51,747 nucleotides of DNA from Saprospiraceae bacterium. Its GTDB lineage: Bacteria; Bacteroidota; Bacteroidia; Chitinophagales; Saprospiraceae. Below the pieces are notes generated by a model that worked only from the letters and a program-made list of their open reading frames with translations, made no database searches and was not told where the DNA came from. A program made the translations under genes and the position numbers. Shown here piece by piece: positions 1-7,916 of this stretch. Each line of letters begins with the position of its first letter. Positions within the stretch are counted from its first letter, which is position 1. The DNA is taken from assembly GCA_043764555.1 (NCBI GenBank), contig JAYUKJ010000441.1, positions 1 to 51,747 on the forward strand, read 5' to 3'.

Positions 1-91
1 CTCAAAATTTTCGCTCAAAATTTTCGCTCAAAATTTTCGCTCAAAATTTTCGCTCAAAATTTTCGCTCAAAATTTTCGCTCAAAATTTTCG
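1..91 (+). repeat. Perfect tandem repeat, 13-bp unit CTCAAAATTTTCG x7, touching the window edge
   Basis: Seven identical head-to-tail 13-mers read directly at 1-91. The unit length is not a multiple of 3. The array lies in stop-free sequence immediately 5' of the M43 protease ORF. Confidence 0.95.
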
Positions 92-126
92 CTCTTGCAA
101 CCATTGCAATTTTAGCGCACGTTGAG

Positions 127-1947
127 ATGACCGCTCAAGTGCGGCGTTGTAATACTATCTTAGACCCCCAAGAGTTGCGTAAGCAAAACCGTGCAGCATT
201 TGACAGGCTGATGGAATTGGAGCGTTTCACGGAGGCGTATCGTCAAAAGGTTAATAACGCGGATCCCAACGAACGGCTTATCAATGAAAATGGGCTTATC
301 ACGATTCCTGTTGTGGTACACATCGTGCATAACGGCACAGCTATTGGTGTTGGGCGAAACATTCCTGATGCTCAAATCATCAATCAAATCAATATTCTGA
401 ACCAAGATTTTAGGCGGCTCAACCCCGACGCTAATCAAACACCCGCCGCTTTTGCAAACCGTGTGGCCGATGTCAATATTGAGTTTCGGCTTGCTTGTAT
501 CAACCCACAAGGATTAGGTACTAACGGCATTAATAGGATTCAATCGAATGTTAATTCTTTCCTTCCAACTAATCAACAAAATGACAGCCCATTAAAACAC
601 ACCAATCAGGGCGGTGCTGATGCTTGGCCAACGGATAGGTATTTGAATATCTGGGTAAGCCGACTTGGTCTTCTTAGTGGGGGACAACTTTTGGGATTCG
701 CTACCAATCCTTTCAACTATGCAGCTTTTCCCGATATTGATGGTATCGCCGTAGATTTTGAATCTTTCGGCTCTGGAGGAAACACCGTTGCACCATTCGA
801 TCTTGGCAGAACCGCCACTCATGAAATTGGACATTGGTTAAATGCGAGGCATATTTGGGGTGACGGATCAACTAGTTGCAATGACACTGACGAATGTGAC
901 GATACGCCAAATCAATTAGGTTTTACATCGCCAGGCATAACGCCCGTTTTTCCAAACAATGCTAGTTGTGGCAATGGTGGAGATATGTTTATGAACTATA
1001 TGGATTACTCAGCCGATAGGTTCATGAATCTTTTTACAAATGACCAAGCAATCCGCATGCGCGCCGTTTTTCAGTCTGGTGGACCGCGTCGGGGTTTCAT
1101 TGACAATTATTTTAGATTAACACAAGCCTACGCTTCTTGCTCTGGTGCAGGTGGTTTTTACATAGTTCGAACACCATTTTGCGCAGCACAGGGTAATATT
1201 AATTGGAGCATTACGGGACCAGCTACTCTGAATAATCCCAATGGTAATACAGCTACTAACTACGCGTTGCCACAAAACAATGCAAACGGTGTTGCAACCA
1301 TAACGGCTTCTTGGAACAATCTTGCTGCTGATTTTACGATTCCAATTGGTTACGGCGCGGAAAACTCCACTTACAATCCGAATTATTACAACAGTGGCAA
1401 TGTTTCTACAACGACGGGCAGTGTAAATATGACGAGTTATAATAATTGGACTTACGGGCAAGTTTCTTTTACGGGTGCTACGGGACTTGCTAAAAACTGG
1501 CGATTGGTGTCTTGCAATTCCTGCAATCCGCAAACGTATTTTTCAGGTTCGGGCAATTCTTTTGGTGTTTATCTCACGCAGCCTTACGCTTTTGCAACAA
1601 TTCGGGCAGAAATTCCCGCTGCTTGCGGTGATATAACAATTGAATACTCCTTTTTAGGTGGTTATTTGAATCCCGGTTATACGCTTTCACCGAATCCTGC
1701 GAATAATGAAATTACCATTTCAGCATCTTTACCAATTGACCCGAACAATCGAACGAGCAGTTTAAGTACACCCGCCTACGAAGTTCAGATTTTCAACGCT
1801 TACAATCAGTTGATGAAAAAGACGAAAGTAAAAAAAGACGATAGAGACGTTACGATTGATGTGTCTCGTTTTCCATCGAATCAGTTTTATACCGTCAAGT
1901 TGATTTCTGACAATGACGTACAAACCAAGACGTTTTTTAAGCAATAA
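127..1947 (+). CDS. Secreted zinc metalloprotease, MEROPS M43 (cytophagalysin/pappalysin-like) with T9SS C-terminal sorting domain; true start probably upstream of the ATG at 127
   Basis: HEIGHWLNARH zinc motif (HExxHxxxxxH spacing), CNDTDECDDTP and NYMDY regions typical of M43. The C-terminal ~80 aa (LSPNPANNEITIS...YTVKLISDNDVQTKTFFKQ) look like a Por/T9SS CTD. The frame is open back to nt 1, and nt 82-126 encode a signal-peptide-like KIFALATIAILAHVE. Confidence 0.85.
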   Translation: MTAQVRRCNTILDPQELRKQNRAAFDRLMELERFTEAYRQKVNNADPNERLINENGLITIPVVVHIVHNGTAIGVGRNIPDAQIINQINILNQDFRRLNPDANQTPAAFANRVADVNIEFRLACINPQGLGTNGINRIQSNVNSFLPTNQQNDSPLKHTNQGGADAWPTDRYLNIWVSRLGLLSGGQLLGFATNPFNYAAFPDIDGIAVDFESFGSGGNTVAPFDLGRTATHEIGHWLNARHIWGDGSTSCNDTDECDDTPNQLGFTSPGITPVFPNNASCGNGGDMFMNYMDYSADRFMNLFTNDQAIRMRAVFQSGGPRRGFIDNYFRLTQAYASCSGAGGFYIVRTPFCAAQGNINWSITGPATLNNPNGNTATNYALPQNNANGVATITASWNNLAADFTIPIGYGAENSTYNPNYYNSGNVSTTTGSVNMTSYNNWTYGQVSFTGATGLAKNWRLVSCNSCNPQTYFSGSGNSFGVYLTQPYAFATIRAEIPAACGDITIEYSFLGGYLNPGYTLSPNPANNEITISASLPIDPNNRTSSLSTPAYEVQIFNAYNQLMKKTKVKKDDRDVTIDVSRFPSNQFYTVKLISDNDVQTKTFFKQ

Positions 1948-1967
1948 AACGACGTTTTTCTAAAAAA

Positions 1968-2007
1968 TGAAGCCCGATGTTGTTGAAACATCGGGCTTCA
2001 TTTTTTT
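1968..2007 (+). terminator. Rho-independent terminator after the M43 protease gene
   Basis: 13-bp perfect stem TGAAGCCCGATGT / ACATCGGGCTTCA, 7-nt loop, then T7 run. Confidence 0.85.
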
Positions 2008-2012
2008 AGCAC

Positions 2013-2023
2013 CCCCTCAGTAT
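2013..2023 (+). repeat. Dispersed motif copy (core CCCCTCAGTAT)
   Basis: Exact 11-nt core. It lies between the terminator and the stop codon of the convergent DUF1016 gene. Confidence 0.8.
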
Positions 2024-2024
2024 T

Positions 2025-3035
2025 TTACTCAATTTCAAAGTCATCGGTATCTGGAATATTAAAACTTTCGAGTATTTCTGTCCATTTGCGTTGCAACAAG
2101 TCTTTATTTGGGAGTTGTGTTTGATAATCGGCGACTAAGGTTGGTGAAAGGCTACGGCTTAGGGCGTATTCAACAACGGTATCATCTTTTCCTTTGCAGA
2201 GTAAAATGCCAATGCTTGGGTTTTCGGCTTCGGTTTTTATGTCTCTGTCAAGTGCTTCCAAATAAAAATTGAGTTGCCCGAGATGTTTGGGTTTGAAACG
2301 TTCTATTTTTAGTTCAATAGCGACCAAGCACCGTAGTTGTCTATGATAAAATAACAAGTCAATGGCAAAGTCTTGATTGCCCACTTGCAACGGGTATTCT
2401 TCACCCATAAAGGCGAAATCACGCCCAAATTCTAACAAAAACTTCGTAATATTTTGAGCAATGGCTTGTTTCAAGTCTTTTTCACTATGTGGTTCGGGCA
2501 GATTCAACAATTCTAAAACGTAAGAATCTTTGAAGACATTGGTAATATCTTGCGGTAAAACTCTCGACACTGTCGAGAGTTTTGCATTACCGAGCATAAC
2601 GCGCTCAAAGTAAGACGCATCGATTTGTCTTACGAGTTCACGGTAGGACAAACGTTCTTTCAACGAGAGACGAAGATAAAATTCCTTTTCTCTTATGTCA
2701 TTACAAGAGGAGAAAATCAATGTATTGTGCGACCACGATAATTCTCGCACCAGCGGTGCGAGTTCTGGCTCGTCTTTGTAAGTCTCGTAAAATTGCTTCA
2801 TGCGCCAAAGATTTTGCGCTGAAAATCCTTTCACATTCGGCTCATTTTGAGCGATAAACGCGGCCAATTCTTTGATGATGGATTTTCCCCACGTTTTAGC
2901 CGTGATTTGCTGATGCAGATATTCACCGATAGTCCAATACAACAAGACTAATTCGTGATTTACTGCTTGGTATGCCCGTTTTTTAGCTTCGGCAATGAGC
3001 GTTGTGATGTGCGAAAACTGCGTTTGTAATGCCAT
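2025..3035 (-). CDS. PDDEXK nuclease, YhcG / DUF1016 family
   Basis: N-terminus MALQTQFSHITTLIAEAKKRAYQAVNHELVLLYWTIGEYL and the C-terminal ...DLLFYHRQLRCLVAIELK... (D...ExK) are typical of DUF1016. Start trimmed to Met13 of the ORF (ATG at 3035) because the longer ORF overlaps the rsmH end. Confidence 0.8.
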   Translation of the reverse strand: MALQTQFSHITTLIAEAKKRAYQAVNHELVLLYWTIGEYLHQQITAKTWGKSIIKELAAFIAQNEPNVKGFSAQNLWRMKQFYETYKDEPELAPLVRELSWSHNTLIFSSCNDIREKEFYLRLSLKERLSYRELVRQIDASYFERVMLGNAKLSTVSRVLPQDITNVFKDSYVLELLNLPEPHSEKDLKQAIAQNITKFLLEFGRDFAFMGEEYPLQVGNQDFAIDLLFYHRQLRCLVAIELKIERFKPKHLGQLNFYLEALDRDIKTEAENPSIGILLCKGKDDTVVEYALSRSLSPTLVADYQTQLPNKDLLQRKWTEILESFNIPDTDDFEIE

Positions 3036-3054
3036 AGTGATGTAGAATAATAGT

Positions 3055-3954
3055 TTATATTTTCTCCGCAATTCTTAATTTTGCCGACCTTGAACGTGGA
3101 TTCACCCGCGTTTCTTCCGCCGTTGGTTCAATTGGTTTTTTAGTAATCACTTTAAACGGGCGCGTGATATTGCCGTAGAAGTCCGTTTCTAAAGCGCCAT
3201 CAAAATTGCCCGATTTCATAAAATTTTTCACCAAACGGTCTTCAATTGAGTGAAAAGTAATGACCGAAAGGCGTCCGCCGGGCTTCAAAACGGCGAGCGA
3301 TTCTTTCAAAAAATCCTTCAAAGCGCCAATTTCATCGTTCACTTCCATCCGCAAAGCCTGAAAAACTTGCGACCGATAGCGCATTTTTTCGCCCATACTG
3401 AGGGGGTCCATAATTGCCAACAAATCATTGATATTTTTAAAGCGTTTGCCACTGCGGGCCTGCACAATTGCCTGTGCGAGAGTGCGTGAGTTGCGCACTT
3501 CGCCGTATTCGCTGAGGATGCGTTGCAGTTCCTCGGCGGGTTCTTTGTTGAGAATATCGGCGGCCGTTTTGCCCGCACTTTGATTCATCCGCATATCGAG
3601 TGCCGCATCGAAACGGTAAGAAAAACCGCGCTTGGCGTCGTCGAGTTGGTGCGAAGACACGCCTAAATCGGCCAAAATGCCGTCAACTGCGCGGACACCT
3701 TCAAGCCTTAGCAAGCGTTTTATGTCTCTAAAATTATGATTTACGAAGTGAAAACGCGGTTCGTCGGTCGGTAGATTGCGTCGGGCGTCGGCGTCTTGGT
3801 CGAAGCCGTAGAGTTTGCTATCGGCATCTAATTGGTTGAGAATCAAGCGACTGTGGCCGCCGCCGCCAAAAGTGGCATCGACGTAAACGCCAAAGGGTCG
3901 CAGGCTTAACGCCTCGACCGCTTCATTGAGTAAAACTGTTATATGATAATTCAT
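3055..3954 (-). CDS. rsmH: 16S rRNA (cytosine1402-N4)-methyltransferase RsmH (MraW)
   Basis: Full-length similarity to the RsmH family (VDATFGGGGHS SAM motif, ADLGVSSHQLD). Located downstream of mraZ. Confidence 0.95.
   Translation of the reverse strand: MNYHITVLLNEAVEALSLRPFGVYVDATFGGGGHSRLILNQLDADSKLYGFDQDADARRNLPTDEPRFHFVNHNFRDIKRLLRLEGVRAVDGILADLGVSSHQLDDAKRGFSYRFDAALDMRMNQSAGKTAADILNKEPAEELQRILSEYGEVRNSRTLAQAIVQARSGKRFKNINDLLAIMDPLSMGEKMRYRSQVFQALRMEVNDEIGALKDFLKESLAVLKPGGRLSVITFHSIEDRLVKNFMKSGNFDGALETDFYGNITRPFKVITKKPIEPTAEETRVNPRSRSAKLRIAEKI
3395..3409 (-). repeat. Dispersed motif copy inside rsmH coding sequence
   Basis: ATACTGAGGGGGTCC on the + strand. It is read in frame on the minus strand as ..MDPLSMG.. 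Confidence 0.8.
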
Positions 3955-4104
3955 CAGACGAGCGATTCTTTATGTTCCAAATTCTTTTGACCTAAAACTT
4001 TTTTGCAAAAGTCAACAATCAAAAGAACTTGGAACTAAGAAACGAAAAATAATTGTAAGAAATTTTTAAGTGTTTCACCGTGTGAGTGGTGCCGCTAAAT
4101 CGTA

Positions 4105-4240
4105 AGTGTAAGAGAGAACAATTTGTGTGTGTTGTAAAAAAAGAAAATTAGAGTGTAACAGAGCGTAAGGTGTGTGTGTAAAACTGAAAATGTTGTGTGT
4201 GTGTAAGACAAAAAAAACTAATGGTGTGTGTGTAAAAAAT
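4105..4240. repeat. Dispersed (GT)4-5-TAA blocks in the mraZ-rsmH spacer
   Basis: TGTGTGTGTTGTAA (~4124), GGTGTGTGTGTAAAA (~4169), TGTGTGTGTGTAAG (~4194), GTGTGTGTGTAAAA (~4224), plus shorter GTGTAA copies (~4106, ~4152). Confidence 0.85.
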
Positions 4241-4312
4241 TTTGGTTGTAGAATTTTTTGACTGTTGCTTAATCATAATTTATAATTCATAAATCATCAT
4301 TCAAAGAAATAG

Positions 4313-4765
4313 TCATTCGCTTCGGTTGCCCAGAACCCTTTGTGCCAAATTAGTCATTGTCATAGTGTCGTCGTTCATCATACGTTCGTATTCTTCGGCG
4401 TTCCATATTTCTATTTTATCGCCGTAGGCACTCAGTATCACGTCTTTTTCAAGATTGGCGTATTCCGCCAGACGTTTTGGAACAAGTATCCGCGATTGGT
4501 CGTCCAAGTCAATGTCCGTTGTGCCGTTGTGAAATCGGCGGAGGAAATTGCGCGTCTCGTTGTCGTAAGGATTAAGTTTCTCGAATTCTTTTACCGTTGT
4601 CTCCCAAACTTCGGCGGGAAAAAGCGTCAAATGTTTTTCAAAGCCTTTATTCAGAACAAAATTGTACGATTCTCGCTCGCCGAGTCGCTTAATTAAAGCG
4701 CTTGGCAGGCGAATGCGCCCTTTGGCATCCATTGTACAGTCGTATTCTCCGCGCAGGTTGAGCAT
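4313..4765 (-). CDS. mraZ: Transcriptional regulator MraZ
   Basis: Two SpoVT/AbrB-type halves with DAKGRIRLP and DDQSRILVP motifs. Start trimmed to MLNLRGEYDC (ATG at 4765, 150 aa). Located upstream of rsmH. Confidence 0.92.
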   Translation of the reverse strand: MLNLRGEYDCTMDAKGRIRLPSALIKRLGERESYNFVLNKGFEKHLTLFPAEVWETTVKEFEKLNPYDNETRNFLRRFHNGTTDIDLDDQSRILVPKRLAEYANLEKDVILSAYGDKIEIWNAEEYERMMNDDTMTMTNLAQRVLGNRSE

Positions 4766-4836
4766 TTGTTCAAAATTCTGAGATGTGTTGTTGGTTTTGT
4801 TTCTAACTGTTTGATGGGTCAAAAGTAATACATCTC

Positions 4837-4861
4837 GCCACATCTTACCACTTTTTACCAC
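4837..4861 (-). promoter_or_regulatory. Candidate MraZ operator: three GTGG(T/C) boxes at 10-bp phasing
   Basis: The minus strand reads GTGGTaaaaaGTGGTaagatGTGGC, 72-96 nt upstream of the mraZ start. The architecture matches the E. coli MraZ operator (three GTGGG repeats with 5-nt spacers). Confidence 0.6.
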
Positions 4862-4890
4862 TTTTTAGTAAAAAAAGTTTTCCACATTCT

Positions 4891-4925
4891 GAGAAAAGGG
4901 TCGTTGGGGCGAGAAAAGGGTCGTT
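4891..4925. repeat. 15-bp direct repeat GAGAAAAGGGTCGTT x2 with 5-bp spacer
   Basis: Exact copies at 4891-4905 and 4911-4925 in the mraZ upstream region. Confidence 0.9.
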
Positions 4926-5033
4926 TTAGACGCATTTTATAACCTATTTATGGTAGGAATGGTAGAAAGCTGCGCGTGAGCGTTTTTTTTTAATTTGAAA
5001 AAGGGAAAGGATAAAAAAGGTCTCAAAAGGGTT

Positions 5034-5049
5034 TTTATACTGAGGGTCC
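5034..5049 (-). repeat. Dispersed motif copy, degenerate (one G missing)
   Basis: TTTATACTGAGGGTCC, intergenic. Confidence 0.6.
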
Positions 5050-5149
5050 TTCAAAACTTTATTTTTGAAGAAAAATTATTTGAAAATTGGCGGAGGAAGC
5101 GGATTCAAAGCAGTGTTTGAATCGGCAGTGGCTGTTTTTTCAGAAGAGA

Positions 5150-5172
5150 GTGGGGAAGTGGTAAAAAGTGGT
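5150..5172 (+). promoter_or_regulatory. Second GTGG(G/T) box array, inverted relative to the one at 4837-4861
   Basis: The + strand reads GTGGGgaaGTGGTaaaaaGTGGT. The 17-nt stretch AAGTGGTAAAAAGTGGT is shared with the minus-strand array ~300 bp away. Confidence 0.45.
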
Positions 5173-5823
5173 GGACAGTAACGGGGCAAAGTGTTTTTAA
5201 GTAGTAATTCCTAAATAAACGCTGTTATAATATTTTTAAAGCATTGAATTTCAATGACTTGCGTAACCAATAACAAATAACTATTAACCAATAACTACTT
5301 ATGTGTGAATTTATCTTTAAAGGCATAAAAAAAGAGGCAGCGCCACGCACCACCTCCAGCCCTAACCAAATAAAACCAAATTATAAATTTATTTCTAAAA
5401 TGAAATGTCGTGATTGAATAGTGCTTTGTGTTTACATTGTGTTGGGTGCGATAAGATTAATTGATTCTTGTTGAAGACAACGGGTCAAAGATAAGAGTAA
5501 ACTTAGTTTTTAAACTATCCTTTGTGTTTTTTAAACACGAAAGCAATTTCAATGTGCTAAAATCTCAGTAATTCTGCTCGCTTTTGCGAAAGTATGGGGT
5601 TGTTTTAGGCGTTCAAACCTTTGTTAGCAACGTATCTATTTGAAGATTTTAAAATAAAAATAGGTTAATATTTTTTAATTGGATTTTTATTTTGCTAAAG
5701 ATGAGATTCAAAGTTTTATATTTCGTTTCAAAAAAACGTTATTCAATTAGAAAAACTTGCCGCCATTTTGGAAAAAAACGCAACCTTCGCCCCTCAATAA
5801 TTCATGTCTAAAATCAATACAGT

Positions 5824-7224
5824 ATGAAAATCAACATCATCGCGCTTTGCGTCGCAACAATTGCTTTTTTAGGACCCCTCAGTATAAACGCTCAAAATGC
5901 GCCCGTCAAGGACGAAGACGCGCTTTTTATCCGTAAAATTTACGATGTCGCCTTGACTGAAAGCCGCGCTTATCCGTGGTTGTCAACGATGTGTACCGAA
6001 ATTGGCGGTCGTTTGAGTGGTTCCGACGGTGCGGCAAAAGCCGTGGAATGGACTAAGAAAATGCTCGATTCAAGCGGTTTTACGACCCGTTTGCAGCCGT
6101 GTTTGGTGACAAATTGGAAGCGCGGGGAGAAGGAAATTGTCAAAATTAAATCGAAAAAAGGCGATGTGAATTTGCGTTGCCTTGCCATCGGAAATTCGGT
6201 CGGAACGGGCAAAAAAGGCGTGGAAGCGGAGATAATTGAGGTAAAATCGCTCGACGAAGTAGATAATTTAGGCGAAAAAGTGAAAGGCAAAATCGTCTTT
6301 TACAACCGCCCGATGGATAAAAAACAAATCAATACGTTTGCCGCTTACGGTGGTGCGGGCGATCAACGGCGGGCGGGTGCTTCGCGGGCGGCGAAATACG
6401 GTGCTGTTGCCGTTTTGGTACGCTCGCTTTCGACCGAATTAGACGACCGTCCGCATACGGGTTCTTTGGCATATGACGAAAAATATCCGAAAATTGCGGC
6501 GGTTTGCCTCTCCACAAATGACGCCGAAAAGCTCTCAAAAGCGATTTATACTGAGGGGTCCTCTTTGAAAGCGTTTGTCAGAACGACGTGTGAAATGTTG
6601 CCCGATGCACCAAGTTTTAACGTGATTGGCGAGATAAAAGGCTCGGAATTTCCGAATGAAATCATCGTCGTTGGCGGTCATTTGGACAGTTGGGACGTGG
6701 CTCAAGGCGCGCACGACGATGGTGCGGGTTGTGTTCAAAGTATGGATGTTTTGAATTTGATGAAGCAAATGGGTTACAAGCCCAAGCGGACAATTCGCTG
6801 CGTTTTGTTTATGAATGAAGAAAACGGCATGAAAGGCGGCAATAAATACGCGGAAGAAGCGGCAAAATCGACTGAAAAGCACATTTTTGCCATCGAATCC
6901 GACGCGGGCGGTTTCACGCCGCGCGGCATTTCGTTTGAAGCGGACCCCTCAGTATTTGTCGAAAAATTTAAGAAAGTTGGCGCATGGGAAGACTTGCTAA
7001 AACCCTACGGCATCGAATTGAAAAAGGGCAGCAGTGGCGCTGATATTGGACCGATGAAACCGCAAAAATTCTTACTCGGTGGCTTAAATCCCGACTCGCA
7101 ACGCTACTTCGATTTTCACCACACGGAGTTCGATAAAATTGAATACGTCAATCGCCGTGAATTGGAATTAGGCGCTGGTGCAATGGCGTCTTTGGTCTAT
7201 TTAATCGACAAATATGGACTGTGA
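5824..7224 (+). CDS. Secreted M28-family zinc aminopeptidase
   Basis: Signal peptide MKINIIALCVATIAFLGPLSINAQ. M28 metal-ligand motifs GGHLDSWD, GAHDDGAG, FMNEENG. PA-like insert. Confidence 0.88.
   Translation: MKINIIALCVATIAFLGPLSINAQNAPVKDEDALFIRKIYDVALTESRAYPWLSTMCTEIGGRLSGSDGAAKAVEWTKKMLDSSGFTTRLQPCLVTNWKRGEKEIVKIKSKKGDVNLRCLAIGNSVGTGKKGVEAEIIEVKSLDEVDNLGEKVKGKIVFYNRPMDKKQINTFAAYGGAGDQRRAGASRAAKYGAVAVLVRSLSTELDDRPHTGSLAYDEKYPKIAAVCLSTNDAEKLSKAIYTEGSSLKAFVRTTCEMLPDAPSFNVIGEIKGSEFPNEIIVVGGHLDSWDVAQGAHDDGAGCVQSMDVLNLMKQMGYKPKRTIRCVLFMNEENGMKGGNKYAEEAAKSTEKHIFAIESDAGGFTPRGISFEADPSVFVEKFKKVGAWEDLLKPYGIELKKGSSGADIGPMKPQKFLLGGLNPDSQRYFDFHHTEFDKIEYVNRRELELGAGAMASLVYLIDKYGL
5872..5888 (+). repeat. 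Dispersed motif, exact 17-mer, inside the M28 signal-peptide codons
   Basis: GGACCCCTCAGTATAAA, translated as GPLSIN just before the AQ cleavage region. Confidence 0.9.
6545..6561 (-). repeat. Dispersed motif, exact 17-mer (reverse), inside the M28 CDS
   Basis: TTTATACTGAGGGGTCC, translated as IYTEGS. Confidence 0.9.
6942..6955 (+). repeat. Dispersed motif copy inside the M28 CDS
   Basis: GGACCCCTCAGTAT, translated as ADPSVF. The TAA of the full motif is replaced by TAT TTG. Confidence 0.85.
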
Positions 7225-7237
7225 TTTTTTTCAATTA

Positions 7238-7293
7238 AAAAGGCTCAATTAGGGTTTCAAATTGCAGCAACTTGAAACCCTAATTGAGCCTTT
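7238..7293 (+). terminator. Long hairpin downstream of the M28 gene
   Basis: 22-23-bp perfect arms AAAGGCTCAATTAGGGTTTCAA / TTGAAACCCTAATTGAGCCTTT with an 11-nt loop. Confidence 0.6.
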
Positions 7294-7320
7294 AAAAATT
7301 AGAAATTAAGCATTAAAAAA

Positions 7321-7355
7321 GCCGCCTAAACCATTGTGTTTAGGCGGCTTTTTTA
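7321..7355 (+). terminator. Rho-independent terminator
   Basis: GCCGCCTAAAC / GTTTAGGCGGC stem flanked by an A-run and a T-run. Confidence 0.75.
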
Positions 7356-7374
7356 TTTTTTTTTCAGTATAAAA

Positions 7375-7535
7375 CTGTATTAAAAAAACGTGTTAAAACT
7401 GCATTAAAAAACGTGTTAAAACTGCATTAAAAACGTGTTAAAACTGTATTAAAAAACGTGTTAAAACTGTATTAAAAAACGTATTAAAACTGTATTAAAA
7501 AACGTATTAAAACTGTATTAGAAAACGTGTTAAAA
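7375..7535. repeat. Minisatellite, ~23-bp unit CTG(C/T)ATTAAAAAACGT(G/A)TTAAAA x7
   Basis: Seven head-to-tail units (22-24 bp) with a few point differences. Located in a convergent intergenic spacer. Confidence 0.9.
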
Positions 7536-7690
7536 CAATAGTTTTTACAATTAATTAATTTGCTTAATTTTTAAATTATTTAAACAAATTAACCACGCAT
7601 TTTAATCATTATTTTTTTATTAAAAAAGCGCGTTATTACTAATATAACAATTTAATCTCATTATGATTAGTGATAAAATAGCAATTTTTT

Positions 7691-7910
7691 AATTGATTTT
7701 AAACTGCTTAAAATCGTTATTTTTCAATTGATTTAAACTGCTTAAAAACGTTATTTTTTTAATTGATTTTAACGCTGCTGAAACCGTTATTTTTTAATTG
7801 ATTTTAACTGCTTAAAACTGCTTTGTTTAATCGCTTGAAATTGCCTTTAGAAGCGTTGTTTTTTTAGTTGATTTGAACTGCTTAGAATCGCTTTTTTTTA
7901 ATTGATAATT
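7691..7910. repeat. Minisatellite, ~36-38-bp unit AATTGATTTTAAACTGCTTAAAATCGTTATTTTTT, ~6.5 progressively diverged copies
   Basis: Read directly. The unit shares AAACTGC(A)TTAAAA(N)CGT with the 23-bp array. The array ends 6 nt from the stop codon of the 7917-8837 gene. Confidence 0.85.
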
Positions 7911-7916
7911 TACGTT

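Noticed and set aside
3250-4696. ORFs 3250-3489, 3339-3578 and 4340-4696, overlapping rsmH and mraZ
   Set aside because: They are shadow ORFs within two confidently identified conserved genes.
7375-7910. Possible CRISPR array
   Set aside because: The units are contiguous with no unique spacers, AT-rich, variable in length (22-38 bp) and progressively diverged. No cas genes are nearby. They are minisatellites, not CRISPR.
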